Assembly (NCBI GenBank): GCA_045613785.1
Contig: JAZLBQ010000026.1
Coordinates: 12,697 to 76,696, forward strand
Source: Candidatus Enterousia sp.
Lineage (GTDB): Bacteria > Pseudomonadota > Alphaproteobacteria > Rs-D84
Length of the DNA: 64,000 nt
Direction of reading: 5' to 3'
The stretch's first letter is position 1; each line of letters opens with the position of its first letter. Below the pieces are notes generated by a model. That model ran no database searches. It saw only the letters and a list, made by a program, of their open reading frames with translations, and was not told where the DNA came from. Of this stretch, positions 61,329-64,000 are shown in pieces. A program made the translations under genes and the position numbers.

Positions 61329-62276
61329 ATGCACGAACAAATAAAGAACATAAATACACTAGAAGAATTGCAATCGCTGTATTCTGCAACATTTGGAAAA
61401 AATGGCACGATGACAATGCGATTAAAAGAAATGAAGAATTTGGACAATGAAGCCCGTGCGGCACTAAACAGTGAAAACACAGCGTTGCGTGAATTGTTCA
61501 AAACACGTCAAAGTGAAATTGAAAATGCGGTCTTGATGGCAGGTCTGCAAAAGCAACGCCTGGATATGTCGTTAAATCCATTACCTGAGAACACGGGGAC
61601 AATCCATCCGCTGACACAAAGTCTGTCTGAAATTGCAGAAATATTAGAATCATTTGGTTATAAAATGTTCACTGGCCCAGAAATCGAAGACGACTGGCAT
61701 AATTTTACAGCATTAAACACACCATTGCATCACCCTGCCCGTGATATGCAAGACAGTTTCTTCTTGGAAAACGGGAATGTTTTACGCACTCAGACATCTG
61801 CGATACAAATACGTGCAATGGAATCAGACGGTGTTCCAATCAAGATGTTTGGTGTTGGTTCGACATACCGCAAAGAATGGGACGCAACCCATGGTCCAAT
61901 GTTTGGTCAAATCGAAGGTTTATATGTTGATAAGAATATAACTATGTCAGATTTGTTGGCAGATGTTCGTGCATTTTTATCACGCTTTTTTGGAATTGAA
62001 AATGTTGAGTTGCGTATTCGACCATCATTTTTTCCTTTCACAGATCCGTCTATTGAAATTGATATGAAATGGCGTGGTGATAAGTGGCTGGAATTGATGG
62101 GTGCAGGTATGGTTCACCCGAACGTTTTGCGTAATTGTGGCATTGACCCTGATGAATACCAAGGTTTTGCATTTGGTTTTGGTTGGGATCGTCTTGCGAT
62201 GTTGAAATACAATTTACCAGACTTGCGTGATTTGTATAACAATGACGTTCGTTGGTTAAAATCGGCTGGCTTTTAA
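61329..62276 (+). CDS. pheS: phenylalanine--tRNA ligase alpha subunit
   Basis: 315-aa ORF; class II motifs FRPSFFPFTDPS, GFAFGFGWDRLAML; the start may lie upstream or be non-ATG. Confidence 0.85.
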   Translation: MHEQIKNINTLEELQSLYSATFGKNGTMTMRLKEMKNLDNEARAALNSENTALRELFKTRQSEIENAVLMAGLQKQRLDMSLNPLPENTGTIHPLTQSLSEIAEILESFGYKMFTGPEIEDDWHNFTALNTPLHHPARDMQDSFFLENGNVLRTQTSAIQIRAMESDGVPIKMFGVGSTYRKEWDATHGPMFGQIEGLYVDKNITMSDLLADVRAFLSRFFGIENVELRIRPSFFPFTDPSIEIDMKWRGDKWLELMGAGMVHPNVLRNCGIDPDEYQGFAFGFGWDRLAMLKYNLPDLRDLYNNDVRWLKSAGF

Positions 62277-62291
62277 TACGGGGGTATAATT

Positions 62292-64000
62292 ATGAAATGG
62301 ACTTATGATTGGCTGACAGAATATTTAGAAACGACGGCATCTGCAAAAGATGTTGCTGACACGCTTACCCGTATTGGTCTGGAAATAGAAGACGTTCAAT
62401 CTCCTATTTCACCGATTGCCGCCCGCATTGTTGAATGCAAGGCTCACGAAAACAGCGACCACTTGCATGTTTTAATGGTTGATGATGGAACTGATACATT
62501 TCGTCAGGTTGTATGTGGTGCACCGAACGCTCGTGTTGGTTTGATATCTGCCTTGGCAGTGCCAGGTTGTGTGATTGGTGGCCACGAAATAACATCTGGC
62601 AAATTGCGTGGTGTTCTATCGAATGGTATGATGTGTTCTGCACTGGAATTAGGAATTGGCGACGACCACAGTGGAATAATTGAATTACCAACTGACACAA
62701 AAATTGGTTCTGCTGTTCTGGAAACAAAAACAGTATTTGACGCAGGCATTACACCGAACAGACCTGATTATTTATCTGTTCGTGGCATTGCACGTGATTT
62801 ATCTGCGGCAGGTCTTGGGAAGTATATTGCACCATCTGACAGTGCGTTTGAAATTGTTTCTGGCGATCGTCAGGTTATTTTACAGACAGATAAATGTCGT
62901 GCGTATAAAATGATAGAAATTCACGATATAACTGTGAATCAAAGCGACAAGAAAATTTCATCACGTTTGGCAGCGATTGGAATCAATCCAAAGAACGCCC
63001 CTGTTGATGCGACCAATTATATCTGTTATGACATGGCACAACCGATGCATTGCTTTGACGCAGATGAAATCCATGGTGATATAGTTGTCCGCCAGGCGAC
63101 CAGTGGTGAAAAATTCACAGACTTGTTTGGCAACGAACACCAATTACAAGAAACAGATATGGTAATTGCCGACAGCGAAGGTATTTTGGCACTGGCTGGT
63201 GTGATTGGTGGTGCACGTGGTGCAACAACGGAAAGCACAAAAAACATAATCCTAGAATCAGCATATTTTGATTCTGTATCTGTCCGCAAGACTGCAAAAC
63301 GTTTGGGGATTTCTACGGATGCGTCATACCGCTATGAACGTGGCATAGACCCGACAATAACAGGTTCTGCTGCAATGTGTGCTGCAAAAATTATTATGTC
63401 ATCTTGTGGTGGTAAAATTGTTGGCACATTTGCTGCTGGTGATGATTCTGCACCAAATAAGCAAATAAAATACAATCCAAATTACTTTACTAAAAAGACG
63501 GGTTTTGACATTGCCCAAGATATCCAGCGTGATATTCTGGTTGCATTAGGTTATGGTGTTGATTATTCAAATTCATCACAATGGATTTTGACTGTTCCAC
63601 CATTTCGTGTTGATGTAGAAATACCTGAAACAGTTGTTGCAGATTTATTGCGTATTCACGGCTATGACAAGATTGCTCAGTCAACCAATCACACGCATGG
63701 CGAAATCTGTCATCACGACAACCATGAAATGAATATCAAAAGATTATTGTCATCACGTGGTTTAAATGAGTGTCGTTCATTTGGATTTGGTAATCTGTCA
63801 ACAGAACAATTGTTGTCTGACAAGCCAAACATTAAAATATCAAATCCGATTACATCAGACTATGACACGATGCGAAATGGTTTGATGTTTGGTTTATTAC
63901 AGGCGGTATCAAATAATGAAAAGCGTGGATTTGCTGATTTGAATTTATTTGAATTGGGGACAGTATTTGATGGTGATGCACCGACCCAGCAACACACATC
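62292..64000 (+). CDS. pheT: phenylalanine--tRNA ligase beta subunit (3' end beyond window)
   Basis: Manual translation gives MKWTYDWLTEYLETTASAKDVADTLTRIGLEIEDV..., a B3/4 domain; the frame is open to the window end. Confidence 0.85.
   Translation, partial: MKWTYDWLTEYLETTASAKDVADTLTRIGLEIEDVQSPISPIAARIVECKAHENSDHLHVLMVDDGTDTFRQVVCGAPNARVGLISALAVPGCVIGGHEITSGKLRGVLSNGMMCSALELGIGDDHSGIIELPTDTKIGSAVLETKTVFDAGITPNRPDYLSVRGIARDLSAAGLGKYIAPSDSAFEIVSGDRQVILQTDKCRAYKMIEIHDITVNQSDKKISSRLAAIGINPKNAPVDATNYICYDMAQPMHCFDADEIHGDIVVRQATSGEKFTDLFGNEHQLQETDMVIADSEGILALAGVIGGARGATTESTKNIILESAYFDSVSVRKTAKRLGISTDASYRYERGIDPTITGSAAMCAAKIIMSSCGGKIVGTFAAGDDSAPNKQIKYNPNYFTKKTGFDIAQDIQRDILVALGYGVDYSNSSQWILTVPPFRVDVEIPETVVADLLRIHGYDKIAQSTNHTHGEICHHDNHEMNIKRLLSSRGLNECRSFGFGNLSTEQLLSDKPNIKISNPITSDYDTMRNGLMFGLLQAVSNNEKRGFADLNLFELGTVFDGDAPTQQHT

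Overview
This window reads as a 64-kb, AT-rich alphaproteobacterial chromosome segment, probably from an obligate intracellular, symbiont-like lineage. The basis is the RecA/GyrB/TopA/LolD sequences, an Rcc-type L36, a virB3-virB4 pair, a short SufD and several secreted hypothetical proteins.

The housekeeping backbone is: recA, ruvA-mnmE, fadD-like ligase, xth, addB-like, engB-rsmI divergent from lpoA (the same synteny as E. coli), ung, gyrB, pal, infC, lpxC-lpxK-acyltransferase, ychF, dnaG-topA, the mreCD-mrdA-rodA operon, rpmI-rplT-pheS-pheT, and five tRNAs.

Interleaved with this backbone are several accessory regions:
- A new ~110-bp MITE-like palindromic element family with terminal inverted repeats. 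It occurs at four loci (six units), each time abutting a gene 3' end and supplying its TAA stop.
- A tightly packed eight-gene, single-strand cluster. It contains lolC and lolD with an unknown gene wedged between them, a lipoprotein with secretin-like features, and two paralogous secreted proteins sharing a six-cysteine C-terminal module.
- A ~5-kb block of secreted/membrane hypotheticals bounded by tRNA-Thr and tRNA-Met(CAT), with a 37-bp duplication of the tRNA-Thr 3' end.
- A degraded integrative island downstream of an initiator-like tRNA-Met. It carries a class-II Fic AMPylator, a frameshifted tyrosine-integrase remnant, an ASCH protein, two tandem glycine-rich paralogues and a small beta-barrel OMP.
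- A minimal virB3-virB4 T4SS module, followed by a DUF922-like HExxH protein and preceded by a repeat-rich regulatory region.

Smaller points: rpmJ, a cysteine-less L36, is missing from the ORF track. infC appears to use an AUU start codon. No CRISPR array or rRNA was seen.
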